This document shows, piece after piece, positions 50,122 to 61,350 of a stretch of DNA of 64,000 bases. The notes below the pieces were generated by a model. It ran no database searches. It saw only the letters and a list, made by a program, of their open reading frames with translations, and was not told the origin of the DNA. Every line of letters starts with the position of its first letter. Within the stretch, counting starts at the first letter, position 1. The stretch is from Lepidodermella squamata (lineage: Eukaryota > Animalia > Gastrotricha). Made by a program: the position numbers and the translations under genes. The stretch spans positions 1,984,001 through 2,048,000 of the forward strand of contig JBLDXI010000013.1 in the NCBI GenBank assembly GCA_047495785.1. The letters run 5' to 3'.

Positions 50122-50859
50122 AAACCCGACCCCTATCTGCATGGATTTCATCGCATGACCCACCCGCGCAAGTGACTTTCGCACTATCCTCTGTGTCATT
50201 ATCAGATAACCCTTTGACTCAATAAAAAGCCGGCTATATCGAATATTCTTGTTTGTATAGGCTATAATGGTGCTTTGTTCACAAATGCGTTCGACGCCGA
50301 AAGTTTGGGTTTGCAAGTCGCTTACTTTGGGAATGTGATGAAGCAACGCGTCGGACGGTGGCATCACTTCGGACACGCGCACGCGCAGCGAGACGTCCGA
50401 CGTTCTTTAGTTAAATCTCCCGAAGTTAGCGCACATGTGCTCATCGCGCGCACGCCCGTTTTAACAGTTGAAAACGGCAGGGTACACCCGGCGGTTCTTT
50501 TGACACTGAATTTGGGGCCAAAGACTTCAAGGAACGCACAGAAATCAAGTTGTGAAAACAGTGAAATTTCGAGTGTAGCGCCGTAATCTGGGTCCAATAA
50601 TTAGGTCCAATTCTTGGGTCTGCTTTTTGGCTCTAACCCAAAATTTCGACGTTTTTTCACTTTTATTTTCGAAGACCTGCTCAGACCTGATTTAGCAAGC
50701 GACCCTTTTTCGATATAGTGAAGGAATGAGAAATTTTTTCGCCCACCATATTCCGATAAAGCTTATGGGGCAGAGAGCTACATCGTGCACAAAACGACGC
50801 ATCTCTAAGGATAAAGCCTCAGTCGATTACACCATCTCAAATATTTTGCTCAACCAAGG

Positions 50860-51525
50860 TGGTTCAGATTGGTAGGTCATCTAAGAGTTTTACAAAGTGA
50901 GTTTGAACTCCGGGTATGTACCGCGTGCTTGGAAAATCGCGATTATGGTTCCCATACTCAAAGAGTGGAAGGACTCGCGCATGCCAGATTCCTACAGACC
51001 GGCGTCCCTTCTGCCATCACTCGGCAAAGTGCTCGAAGACATCGTAGCTAAATTTCTTTGTCGGAACAACCTGCTTCCATCCCACCAGTATGATTTCAGG
51101 TATCTTAGGTCTTAGGTCGACCATCGACCCGGTGTTCAGGTTCATCATTGACGTCGGTCTGCCATATCCAACGACAAAAGCTGGTCGCTATTCTCTAGGA
51201 CATTAAGTTTGATATAAATGGCAGAACGGCCTGCGACTCACCGAAAGACGCTACCAGGACCCTATTCTAAGCCTTCAGCTACACGATAGCAGCCAGCGTC
51301 GCGACATTAAGAAAGCGCCTACGCTCAATCGGGGTGTGGTGTAACAAATGGCACCTCCGCTCAAGTCCGGGAAAGTGTGAAGTGATCGTCTCCGGGAGAT
51401 ATGGCACCTCGACTCCAGTACGCATTGAGCTTTCCACCGCTCAGGCTAACTTGGGATCTACCTCTCACACCCCAGCTAAGTTGGAATCAACATAATGAAA
51501 TAATTGCCTCAAAACTGAACATCGG
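50860..51525 (+). mobile_element. Degenerate LINE (non-LTR) reverse transcriptase fragment
   Basis: GYVPRAWKIAIMVPILK..DSYRPASLLPSLGKVLEDIV..NLLPSHQYDFR is the typical pre-RT/RT start. LTPQLSWNQH..IASKL is a C-terminal motif. Frameshifted. Confidence 0.85.
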
Positions 51526-51993
51526 AAACTTTCGGAAAACACAGCTTTGTCCAAAGTTACCCCGCTATGGTGTATTAGTAATTCGAGTCAAACCAATGTT
51601 TGCAGACGTGTTCAACAGCACAATGCCGTCGTGTAGCCTGAGCCTGGAATAAAGCGAAATAGTAAAAAATAAAAGTTTTAGAAATTTCAGCAGTGACAAT
51701 TTAATTGCTCTGAGCTCATACCATGTTTGTTATTAGGTTGTTTTTTCTAACCCGAGCAAAGACAATCACACCTCCGAGGGTTTCAGCGTGTAAACAGCAC
51801 GACGTCGATGGTGTGTTCTCCCTCCGGTTTGAAAACTCGTGTTCGAGCGGCGCTTTTTTGCAACAAAAGAATTAGGTGAAATGCCACACCAATATCAATT
51901 TGGCAGGAATGATTGCACCTCCTTAGTGTATTTAAGGGGCAGGTTGAAGCGGCAAAATTCATCATTCATCATTTCGATACAAAATCTTCAACT

Positions 51994-52488
51994 ATGAGTC
52001 TCGGTTCATTCTCTTCCTTGGCTGCAGCCTTGGTGGTCGCTCTAGCCATTAGCCAAGCTTACTCTGCCCCAACAAGTGGCAACAGCAACAGCAACGACGA
52101 TAGGCCACCCAGACCAGCGATGAATGCAACTCTGTACGATGAGTGCAAATGCTACTGCGTGCCTAAACCACCACCACCACCACCACCAAGAAACGAAAGC
52201 GCCAATGCGAACAGGCAAAATAGTCCGCAGGGCAATCAAAATCAACAGCGTGGACCTAACGCCTCTGGTCGCGGTGGACCCGGTGGACCTGGTGGACCTG
52301 GGGGACCTGGTGGACCCGGCGGACCCGGGGGCCCAGGTCCATGGGAATCTCAGATTCCGTCAGACCAGCTCATTGGCGAATTCAAGTCGGAAGATTACGC
52401 GGTCAGCATGTGCTATTGCGCTTGTTTGAAGGGATCTTTGGTTACGGTTATTCAGCTTGGTAATAATAATAATAATAATTCCCAGTGA
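51994..52488 (+). CDS. Secreted Cys-clamp family protein, poly-Pro + (GGP)n loop
   Basis: Close paralog of the 48031 gene: CKCYC ... MCYCACLKGSLV. Confidence 0.9.
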   Translation: MSLGSFSSLAAALVVALAISQAYSAPTSGNSNSNDDRPPRPAMNATLYDECKCYCVPKPPPPPPPRNESANANRQNSPQGNQNQQRGPNASGRGGPGGPGGPGGPGGPGGPGGPGPWESQIPSDQLIGEFKSEDYAVSMCYCACLKGSLVTVIQLGNNNNNNSQ

Positions 52489-53400
52489 AAACTTGAGATA
52501 CATCTACATGAGATTTCATCCGATGACCCACTTGCATTTGACTTTTGCACGCTCTTTTCTGTGTCATGATTAGATAACCCCTTGAATAAATAAAACCGCC
52601 AGCTTTCTTTCAAACAAATTTTATTGTTATTCTTGCTAAAGAGCAACGTCTGTGCAAAAAACCGCTCGTTTTCACAAGCAACGCTTTTTCGTATTCTCAA
52701 AGAAATTCAGGCAGGTCCGCAATTTTTAATAAGGATCAATCGGTCAAAGCTTTAATTTTGCCGTTAATCAAGCGTCTATGAAGCTGAGGCAAACTGTAGC
52801 CGCTGAGGCAAAAGGGGCGATTGTCTCTTCGTGGAATCTTGATTAACGGCGCCAGCGCCGCAGAAGAAAGGAGAAGGGCGATCGACTTTGTTTTGGTTCT
52901 AGGGATTGAGTCTGTGCCTCTTCGCTGTGGCCACTCTCGACTACTCGCTCCCCAACACTCGCATGGTACCATGGCGACACGCTGTAAGTAAATTATTACA
53001 GATTCAATTTGCACTGGCGTAGACGGCAAAGCCAATATGCTGGCTGCTGGGAAAAAAACTGTCTCGACGTTCTTAGCGGCCGGTTTAGCTTTTCCCCATT
53101 TCACGAATTATGAAAAAGTAACATAAGCTTTAAAGCCGTCCATGAAGTTTTATGCCCTTCATCAAGTTTGCCGTCGGCCGGGTTCATGTGTCGCGGGCGT
53201 TGAGCGTGAACTCAAGCAGACCAACTACAATAATAACTAGTTCCTAATTATAGAGAACAAGTATTAGAAAGAAATCGGTAGACGCGTGGTGATGATGCCA
53301 ACCAAGAATTAGCGCTTTGATTATCACAGGGGCTGAGGGTACTTAAAGCGGAGCAGAAGCGGCAAAATTCATCGTTGAACATCAGCTACAAAATCCAACT

Positions 53401-54114
53401 ATGACTTTCGGTTCATTCTCCTCTATGACTGCAGCTTTGGTGGTAGCTGTTACCTTCAGCTATGCTTACTCTGCCCCAAACAGCAACGACATCAATCATA
53501 GTGCACAGCAGTGGGGCAACACATCTCTGTATAGTGAATGCAAATGCTTAATGCCGTCATACCAGAATCGAGTATCAGCACTTCTTCACCGCATGTTAAA
53601 TCAAACTCCAGGCGTGCATATGGAAGACTACAGGATTCCCGATAATAAGATTCCTGCAGAATTCAAATCAAACCTATACACAAATGGATCGTGCGGTTGC
53701 GCGTGTCGTATAGGATCCCTGGTTACTACCTTCCCGATGAAACTCCCTAACGCCTTAAACACTACACTAGGACTCAAACCAAAGCCAGGCGACGGAAGAG
53801 CCAGGTCGTTCACTATAACTACGTATAATGTTTGCAAATGCTTCCAGATAACGCTACCTTCACTTCCACATCATGACGCATCTACGCCTGTTCCCGACGT
53901 TCCACATCATGACGCATCTACGCCTGTTCCCGACGTTCCACATCAACCTATTGCAAATGTGCTTCCGATCCCTGCAAATCAGATCCCTGCAGAGTTCACG
54001 TCGCCACTTTATAAACCTGGCCCATACTATTGTGCATGCCGCGATAGTTCCCTGAACACAACCTTCTCGACAGATTTCCCCGACCATCCCCGAGATTGGT
54101 ATGAGCAGTGGTAA
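53401..54114 (+). CDS. Secreted Cys-clamp family protein with two tandem clamp modules; His/Pro-rich loop in module 2
   Basis: YSECKC..IPAEFKS..CGCAC, then YNVCKC..IPAEFTS..YYCAC. A 36-bp direct repeat encodes PHHDASTPVPDV twice. Confidence 0.85.
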   Translation: MTFGSFSSMTAALVVAVTFSYAYSAPNSNDINHSAQQWGNTSLYSECKCLMPSYQNRVSALLHRMLNQTPGVHMEDYRIPDNKIPAEFKSNLYTNGSCGCACRIGSLVTTFPMKLPNALNTTLGLKPKPGDGRARSFTITTYNVCKCFQITLPSLPHHDASTPVPDVPHHDASTPVPDVPHQPIANVLPIPANQIPAEFTSPLYKPGPYYCACRDSSLNTTFSTDFPDHPRDWYEQW

Positions 54115-55455
54115 CTTGAACCTTGGCTTATTTTCATATTTTCCTTACCTTCGCCTGAATTTAAGAACACATTTTTCGGTCATTTGATGATATTCTATTA
54201 GAATAAAATTTCCCGATGCTAACTTAATCTAATTTTCAACTGATGATGATGGAACTAGGCGGACCATTTTCTGTGACTGACAACTGACAACGGACCAGCA
54301 TTAACAGCTTCCAATGTAGTGTGACACACGATTTTATTAAGGTGACTTTCGTGTCACATCGAGTGGCATCAAAATTTTATGGCTGCGGAGTTTTGTGACA
54401 TGATCCGCATGGGGGTGGTCAGACAATTTCCAAAATGACCAGCTTTTTGGAAGATGGCAGACCATGTGACAATGGACCCGCGTGACACCTGACAGACCTG
54501 TGTGACATCGAGTCCTGAGTCGTGACATGCGTATTTCATTTTGACATTTGACCTTATCATATGCATATGCCATCAGATATTTATACAGGGTGTTCAAGAA
54601 ATAATTGTTGGGCTGTTTTTGGAGTTGAACTTCAGCCAAACGAAACGCGATATGTCTCCCGTCGCGTGCTGTCAGAGCAGGAACTTATTTTTCATGAAAA
54701 CCGGAAATTAGTCTTGTCCTGAATTCTGCCTTACATAGCACCCCGAAGAAATAATTCTTGGACCCAGACCTACCCAATTTAGTTTGGGAAAAATGCCCTT
54801 TGAAGTATTTTCATGGGTATAGATTTGCGTTAGAGTTTAGGAATTCAATATTCGATTAGTAAAGTCGACAAGCGATATCGATTGCTGCTATCGATTTGAC
54901 CATATAATATCCATTTACGTAACCCGTAGATCTGATTTTTTTGGACCCATGATTATTTTGACCGATGTTGAAATCTGAAAATAAATTTTACATTATATAA
55001 ATATTTTAGAAATAAATAAATTGCATCCAAGGTCGAGCGCCAAACTGCATAAAAAATGTTTCAGATTTCAATTTGCACCCGCGTAGACGTTAAGCCACCA
55101 AAGAAAAAATTGCCTCGACCTTTTCGCGACAGGTTTACCTCTCTATTGCACGAATTTTGATGAAACAACATGGGCTTTAAAGCCATCCATGATGTTTCAT
55201 GCTTTTTTATCGAGTATGCGGCTGCCGGGTTCATGCGTAGGACGTCGAGCATGAACCCAAGCAGACCAACTGCAGTAATCAGTTATCTGATTCTATTGAA
55301 AAATGGTAGTCGGTCGGCAGACGCGTGGTTGACGAGGCTGAAATTAAAGTGATATAATGCCAGCCAAGAATTTGTGCTTAGATTATCACAGCGGCTGAGG
55401 GTACTTAAAGGGGAGCTGAAGCGTTAAAATCCATCTTTGAACATTTAACTGCACT

Positions 55456-56211
55456 ATGGGCTTCGGTTCATTCTCCTCTATGATTGCAGCTGTGGTGGCA
55501 GTTGTTGCCATCGGCTATGCTTACTCTGCCCCTAACAGCATCAGCAACAGCAACATCCCCGGGCTTGGCGAAACAATACAGGGCAATATTTCTTTGTACG
55601 GTCAATGCAAATGTGTAATGTTTTCGCTTCCATGTACGCGTGGCCCATCAGCTGCCGAAAGTGCAGCATTTTATCGTAGCGTATTGAATACACTCCCAGG
55701 TGTTCATTTGGAAGAATACCTTATTCCGGATGATAAGATACCAGCAGAATTCAAATCGGACCTCTACACAAATGGCACATACTTTTGTGCATGCCTCAAG
55801 GGTTCTCTGGTTACAACCTTCTCGAAAACAATTCCGACTAAATTCATCGGCCTCCAACCAGCCACTCATCGTTGCATACCCTATCCTAATGTGACCTGCC
55901 CTCCACTTGTTCACGATGTCTCACTCGACTCATTCCAAGAGTGTATGGTGAAGAACGTTCTGAACGGTGAAAAGCAGGCCAATGTGTCTCTGTACGATGA
56001 TTGCAAATGCTTCATGCTGACGTTACCACCACTTCCACAGCTTGACTATTTGCATGTTCACAATCATCCTACTCATCCTCATGAGCGAGTCAATGCATCC
56101 CTGATTCCCGAGTTCAAGTCAGAACTTTATAGAAATGGCACTTATACTTGCGCATGCCGGAACGGATCCCTGAAAAAAACCATCCCGATACATCTCAAGC
56201 TCATTGACTAA
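55456..56211 (+). CDS. Secreted Cys-clamp family protein with two tandem modules; His-rich loop in module 2
   Basis: YGQCKC..IPAEFKS..YFCAC and YDDCKC..HVHNHPTHPH..IPEFKS..YTCAC. Confidence 0.85.
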   Translation: MGFGSFSSMIAAVVAVVAIGYAYSAPNSISNSNIPGLGETIQGNISLYGQCKCVMFSLPCTRGPSAAESAAFYRSVLNTLPGVHLEEYLIPDDKIPAEFKSDLYTNGTYFCACLKGSLVTTFSKTIPTKFIGLQPATHRCIPYPNVTCPPLVHDVSLDSFQECMVKNVLNGEKQANVSLYDDCKCFMLTLPPLPQLDYLHVHNHPTHPHERVNASLIPEFKSELYRNGTYTCACRNGSLKKTIPIHLKLID

Positions 56212-56744
56212 TTCTTATATAGGTATCCCTAACTTATATGCTTGATCTTAATTTTTAGTAGCACACATTTGCCCTGTAATTTGATGACATTCTATTAGAA
56301 TAAAATGTCGGGGAAAGCCTGGTAACATGGTAACATGTAACATAATCAAATTTTGAACTGATCATTTAAAATAAAGCTAACAACGGTCTTACCAATCGCT
56401 TAATCACAAAAGCTGCCATTTCGAATTATAATACTATAGTTAGATTTCAAGTTTCAAGTCATCGAAGGATTGTGGAATTTTTCAAAGGAGAAAACTCAGA
56501 ACTCATATTACTCAGGTACTATACCAGCTTCTTATCCTGCTGAAAAAGCTGTCTGATAAAAGTTTAAAGGTAACAGGTGCATGATGCAATTGGAATATAA
56601 CACGCCATCTACTTAAACCACAGCGATACACAAATAAAAAATCAACAAATTTGCAGCAGGATAAAATTTCAACACGTGACTTATTTCTGTAACTTGTAAA
56701 TTGATTATACGAAGATGACATAAGATTGGGACAATGTCGGCCAC

Positions 56745-56945
56745 TATATCTACGTATGATGTTTGCAAATGCTGCCAGGTAACGTTACCTTCACTTCGAC
56801 ATCATGACGCTTCTAATGCTGCGTCTCTTGCCGGCTTTCCAATTCATCCTCATGTCATCCTCATGCTATGCAACCTCGATCCATGCAAATAATATCCCCG
56901 CGGAGTTCAAGTGGCAACTTGATAAAACTGGCTCATACTATTGAC
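56745..56945 (+). pseudogene. Pseudogenic fragment of Cys-clamp module 2 (53401-like)
   Basis: TYDVCKCCQVTLPSLRHHDAS, a frameshift, then IPAEFK..GSYY followed by TGA where Cys is expected. Confidence 0.8.
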
Positions 56946-57282
56946 GGCAGTCAGTACGGCTGATTTCCGCCAATATGTGCTAGATCACATTAACGACAGG
57001 CCGAAGTTCATTCGCAAGCGGCTCCATGAAGAATCATCCTCGTCTGACGATCAAGTATCCAACCTAAAGCAACAACTAAAGGTTCAAGTCGCAACGTTTG
57101 GCCCGGAATCTGGTGCCAGCAATTTAGTTCGGCACATCTTATATTGCCTATCGTTTTCACGAGCGAAGAACGACCGCAACTTTTGCAGATCTTTCAAAAC
57201 ACCCCCGAAGCAAAACTAGGCATCAATAAAACACCGTTTATATTTCTTGAAAAAAACAATAGAAACGATGATGATAAACAGA

Positions 57283-60003
57283 TTAATAATTGTTGTTGAT
57301 CTCATCTCGCACCAGCATGTAAGCGTAAATATGAACGCCGATCAAAGCAAGAATAGCTACAACAGCCGACACGTTATCAATCAATCGGATCAGCGTAATT
57401 TTCAGGCAGACAAACTTAACTCGAGTCTGGTTGAACTTGTTCGGCGCCTTCTTGTCGAAACTCATCGCAACTGAATTTGTCATATTATGAACAAGCAAAT
57501 GGTAAGCCGTGATGATCAAAGATATCCAAGTTAGGTAACGCATATAATCAGCCAGAAGCACTGATTGCGAGGTATGCGGAATGAACGAAGTTACCTGAGT
57601 TTGCCCTACAGCCAAAGCTAAGAGTAGCGTAACAGAAAAAGCTGATCTTTCAGGTCTTATAGGCGGAATAAGATACGAAGACATTTGTAAAAGAGTTAAC
57701 ATAAAATTAGGTAAAGCAATGTTTAACAGATAATAATTTGGCCTTCTCGCGACTGTAATGGTGAAAGTTGCGACACTTGACAACGTGCCGTCCTGTTTGA
57801 CAGCCCCCAACGGCATTTCTTTGCAGCCTGTGATGAGCCATTCAGTGTCAGTTTGCTTTGAAGGACAAAGCATAATCAAATCGGCGAACAGGACATTCTG
57901 CAGGGCATGGCGCATAGTGAAGGTGAAACTGCAATTGGCTGAATCGAATGGAAATAACGAGAGATCATGAGGGCAGCGCGAAGAAAAAAATCCTATCTTG
58001 AAATGGTTGAAGTACAGCGATTGATTCAGACTAACGCGAGTAGGCGTGAGGGTAACAAAGATTTCCTCGCCATACCCGTCGCCTTTCATCTGTTCATCTT
58101 CAATGCTTGACGTGAACGAGTAGCTAGGTATCCACACTAGCTCGGGGCTTGCTCCAAACAGTCGCTCAGCCCCGCCTTGATTACCGAGCGCGCTGTAGCC
58201 AAGCCACGACACTTTTCTCACCAAACTCAACGAACTGCACGTCGTAACATTCCAATGCAGGAACATCCGGCCCGAAATTACTATTGTTTCATCGACAGAG
58301 TAGCTTTCCATGCGCTGTACGATGAAAGTCGTCGATATGGCGTTTGGATCGCCGTTGTTTGGCGGAAACATTATTTTCGGGCTGAAGTCATCGCACGCTT
58401 GCAAGAGATCTTCAAGTCTGAACACAGGGTTGCTTTTTTCCGGCGACATGTTCGCAAGCATTAATTGGAGTAAAGCAATCGGGTCGTCAACTACGTTTGA
58501 CATCGGAAACAAAGGCGATGCCGGCGCAGGGGCTGACGAGATAGAAGTCTCATTTCCTGCCAAACAAGCCGTCCTTTGTTCAACAAGCTGATCCGACGAC
58601 AGTGCAGCTCGATGCAAAGATAAACAAGCCGCCTCGACTTTTACCATCGGCCTACCGATCCGTTTCGCCAGGTTCAGCGTTCCAGACAGCGTCGCAGGTG
58701 CGAGAAGTTGATCCGCCAGGTTGAACACGAATTTATTGTCGCAAAAGCCACGGAAGGTCTTTTTAGGCGCGTCGTAAACCAGGGCGACAAATTGCCAGGT
58801 TTTCATCTTGCACGGTCCGTTGACGTATGAAGTTGATTCAGGGTTCACAAAAAGATTATCTGGGTCAGGATAGTTGGCCCAGAAATGAAGAGAAACGCCT
58901 CCACTTGTTGTCAAGTATTCAATTATAGGCGTCATCTCGCCCTTTGAATTGATGAAAACTGTCCACGTCCAAGAACCGTCTGTTCCCAAGTTCAATAGCG
59001 GGCTGTTGAAATTGATATATTGTTGATCATTTGAGCCCAATACAACGGCACTGCTATTTTGCCCATTCGGACCTTTAGTGTATGTCAATTCGGGCGCGCC
59101 AGGGTTCAATTTACCGTGCAGGTTGTTCCCACTAACGTCGTTCATAGAAAACTCGGCAGACAGTGGCCAGTTTCCGATGATTCCAAGTAGATTTGAGGGT
59201 GAGGTGCATGCATGGGCTATCGTATCAGGTGTATTGTAGCCGGCTAGACAAGCCGCCTTAAGCATAAGCAAGTCTGTCATAGACGCGTCAGATAGAAAAA
59301 TGGTCAAGCACGAAGCTTGCAGTTTTGTCGGAATTTTATGGCCGACTCGTTTACCGAGGTAGAACGTTTGCGTGCTCATTGCCGCCTGCCCTTTCGCTGG
59401 GACGTTGAAGACGAAGCTCGAATCGCAGAAGCCGCGATACATTTTAGCATCCGCATCGTAGACTAGGGCGACAAATTGCCAAGTCGTAAACTGACATGGC
59501 TGACGTGGTGCCTCTGAACCATCCGCAGCATTAAGGTAGAAGAGGTTAGGTGATGGATATCCCGCCCAAATGTGTAAACCCCAATCATTTGGCGGTGCAT
59601 TCAGGTACTCAAGGATTGATGTCTGTGCACCATCTGATTTGAAAAACAGGGCAAATGTCCACGATTGGCTCTTAGCGAATTCATAAACTGGATTTTTGAA
59701 CATAGGGAATTGGTCATCATCCGGGCCTATGTCGATTGCGGAATTGGGCAACCCGCCAGGGCCGGTTGAATAGGTCGGTGTGGAACCTGTTTTACTCCAC
59801 TGACCGTGCAGATTTTTCCCGCCGACGTCATTCAAACAGTACGTTGATGTAAGAGGCCAAACAGCAAGTGGCTTTGGTGCCTTCGGCATCATGTTAGCAG
59901 GCAGCTGGGCCTCAACGATGCAGAAACTTGTAACAGTGAGAAAAACATATGCTCCTAACCGTAGAAACATTGTGCTATAAGCGAATGCAGTAGGTATGAA
60001 CAT
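57283..60003 (-). CDS. Cys-loop pentameric ligand-gated ion channel subunit (nAChR-like, divergent) fused to two N-terminal LamG/ConA-like domains; intronless, 906 aa
   Basis: Signal peptide. Two repeats WPL..NDV.G.NLHG..W.F..F..LH.WA..WQFVALVYDA..(A)CL at ~59870-59240 and ~59185-58555. VWIPS (loop A-like), Cys loop CPHDLSLFPFDSANC, RRPNYYLLNIALP (M1), PERSAFSVTLLLAL (M2), M3 and M4. Confidence 0.9.
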   Translation of the reverse strand: MFIPTAFAYSTMFLRLGAYVFLTVTSFCIVEAQLPANMMPKAPKPLAVWPLTSTYCLNDVGGKNLHGQWSKTGSTPTYSTGPGGLPNSAIDIGPDDDQFPMFKNPVYEFAKSQSWTFALFFKSDGAQTSILEYLNAPPNDWGLHIWAGYPSPNLFYLNAADGSEAPRQPCQFTTWQFVALVYDADAKMYRGFCDSSFVFNVPAKGQAAMSTQTFYLGKRVGHKIPTKLQASCLTIFLSDASMTDLLMLKAACLAGYNTPDTIAHACTSPSNLLGIIGNWPLSAEFSMNDVSGNNLHGKLNPGAPELTYTKGPNGQNSSAVVLGSNDQQYINFNSPLLNLGTDGSWTWTVFINSKGEMTPIIEYLTTSGGVSLHFWANYPDPDNLFVNPESTSYVNGPCKMKTWQFVALVYDAPKKTFRGFCDNKFVFNLADQLLAPATLSGTLNLAKRIGRPMVKVEAACLSLHRAALSSDQLVEQRTACLAGNETSISSAPAPASPLFPMSNVVDDPIALLQLMLANMSPEKSNPVFRLEDLLQACDDFSPKIMFPPNNGDPNAISTTFIVQRMESYSVDETIVISGRMFLHWNVTTCSSLSLVRKVSWLGYSALGNQGGAERLFGASPELVWIPSYSFTSSIEDEQMKGDGYGEEIFVTLTPTRVSLNQSLYFNHFKIGFFSSRCPHDLSLFPFDSANCSFTFTMRHALQNVLFADLIMLCPSKQTDTEWLITGCKEMPLGAVKQDGTLSSVATFTITVARRPNYYLLNIALPNFMLTLLQMSSYLIPPIRPERSAFSVTLLLALAVGQTQVTSFIPHTSQSVLLADYMRYLTWISLIITAYHLLVHNMTNSVAMSFDKKAPNKFNQTRVKFVCLKITLIRLIDNVSAVVAILALIGVHIYAYMLVRDEINNNY

Positions 60004-61350
60004 AAATTCAGTCGAGCAGTCGGCTGTGAAATAGTGTCTATTTTTTGTTAATAAAAACTTTAATTTCCTTAAATTTAATGAGCATTTCGAGGGTTTTGTT
60101 TGGTTATATGGCGTGTTGATCAGCCACCATCGTCGAATTTCCGTTGCTCAAAATAGCTGACCAAGAATATTTCGAACAATCACAAACCATATTCCTTTCA
60201 CCCCTCTTTGAACGTTCTCTTACTTCAAGAAATGTACTGAAAGCTGAAAGATGAATCAACACAGTTTTGAATCCCTTTGAATTAGACAAATTCCGACCAG
60301 AACAGCAATATAATTTTTTAACAAGGTAATAGAGAAAGTCAGTTTTGAAAATAATGTAGACGGAGGCAGCTTGGCAGGCTTTCAGTCGAGCAGCAAAAAT
60401 CGGCCGCAGAAACCAGAATTTCTGCGGAAAATCCAGAAAATCGGACAGCATTTCGTCTCCACTTTTCTTGAATTCGGCGGTGTTTCGTGGGTCGAATCAC
60501 GCGTTTTCAACGCGAGCCATTTTCAAAGAACCAGAGATGAAATTCCGATGTCGAGTATCTTTCATCGCATCGAAACGTGTGGTTCAAATCGAACCAGTTT
60601 CTTCAGATGTAAAGGCGCAGTGTTTTCGCGAACTTTGATTTCGAAGGAAGCAGGTTTCAGCGTTGATGGGTTTTCGAAACATTCGGCTGTGAATGCGGCA
60701 GCATTGCTAATCGGAGCAGAACTCTGGGGGCAATTTTTCGTTAAATTTGAGCATAAGGTTGGACAGAGTAGAATTCAGAAAATCGACGTTCAAAGTGAGA
60801 CGAAATTTGAACGAATTAGAAACAATGAGCGAGAATTAAGAGAAAGCTATTTTTCAATTCAAATGAAATTTCAAGATGAAATTTCAAATTCAAATTCAAA
60901 CTGATTCACCTCGTCTCCACTCGCCTACCGGCTCGTTCCATTCGTTTTCTTCGATCTATATTTCGTGCTTCATTCAAAAATAGATTTTTACTCATGTTAA
61001 ATCATACATATGTAAAATACATACGTTTTATAAAGGTCAGAAAGGACAATTTTTTGCCCTGAGCTCTTGTCATGTTTTCATGGCGTGCTTTTTTCCACCT
61101 CCAGCATGCCAACGGCAAGTCGGACTCTAAGGTTATTATTACTGTGTAAACAGCACGACCGCGATGTTGCGTTCTCATTCTGGTTTGAAAACGCGCGTGT
61201 TCGAGAGGCGGTTTTTTGCGAAAAAAAGTTAGGTGAAATGCAACACCAACATAAATTTGGCAGGAATTATTGCTTCTGCTCAGGGTATTTAAGGATCAGG
61301 TTGAAACGGCTAAATTCATCATTCCACATTTCGATCCAAAATCTCTAACC

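Noticed and set aside
60371-60904. 177-aa ORF
   Set aside because: Non-ATG start, no motif, no support from composition.
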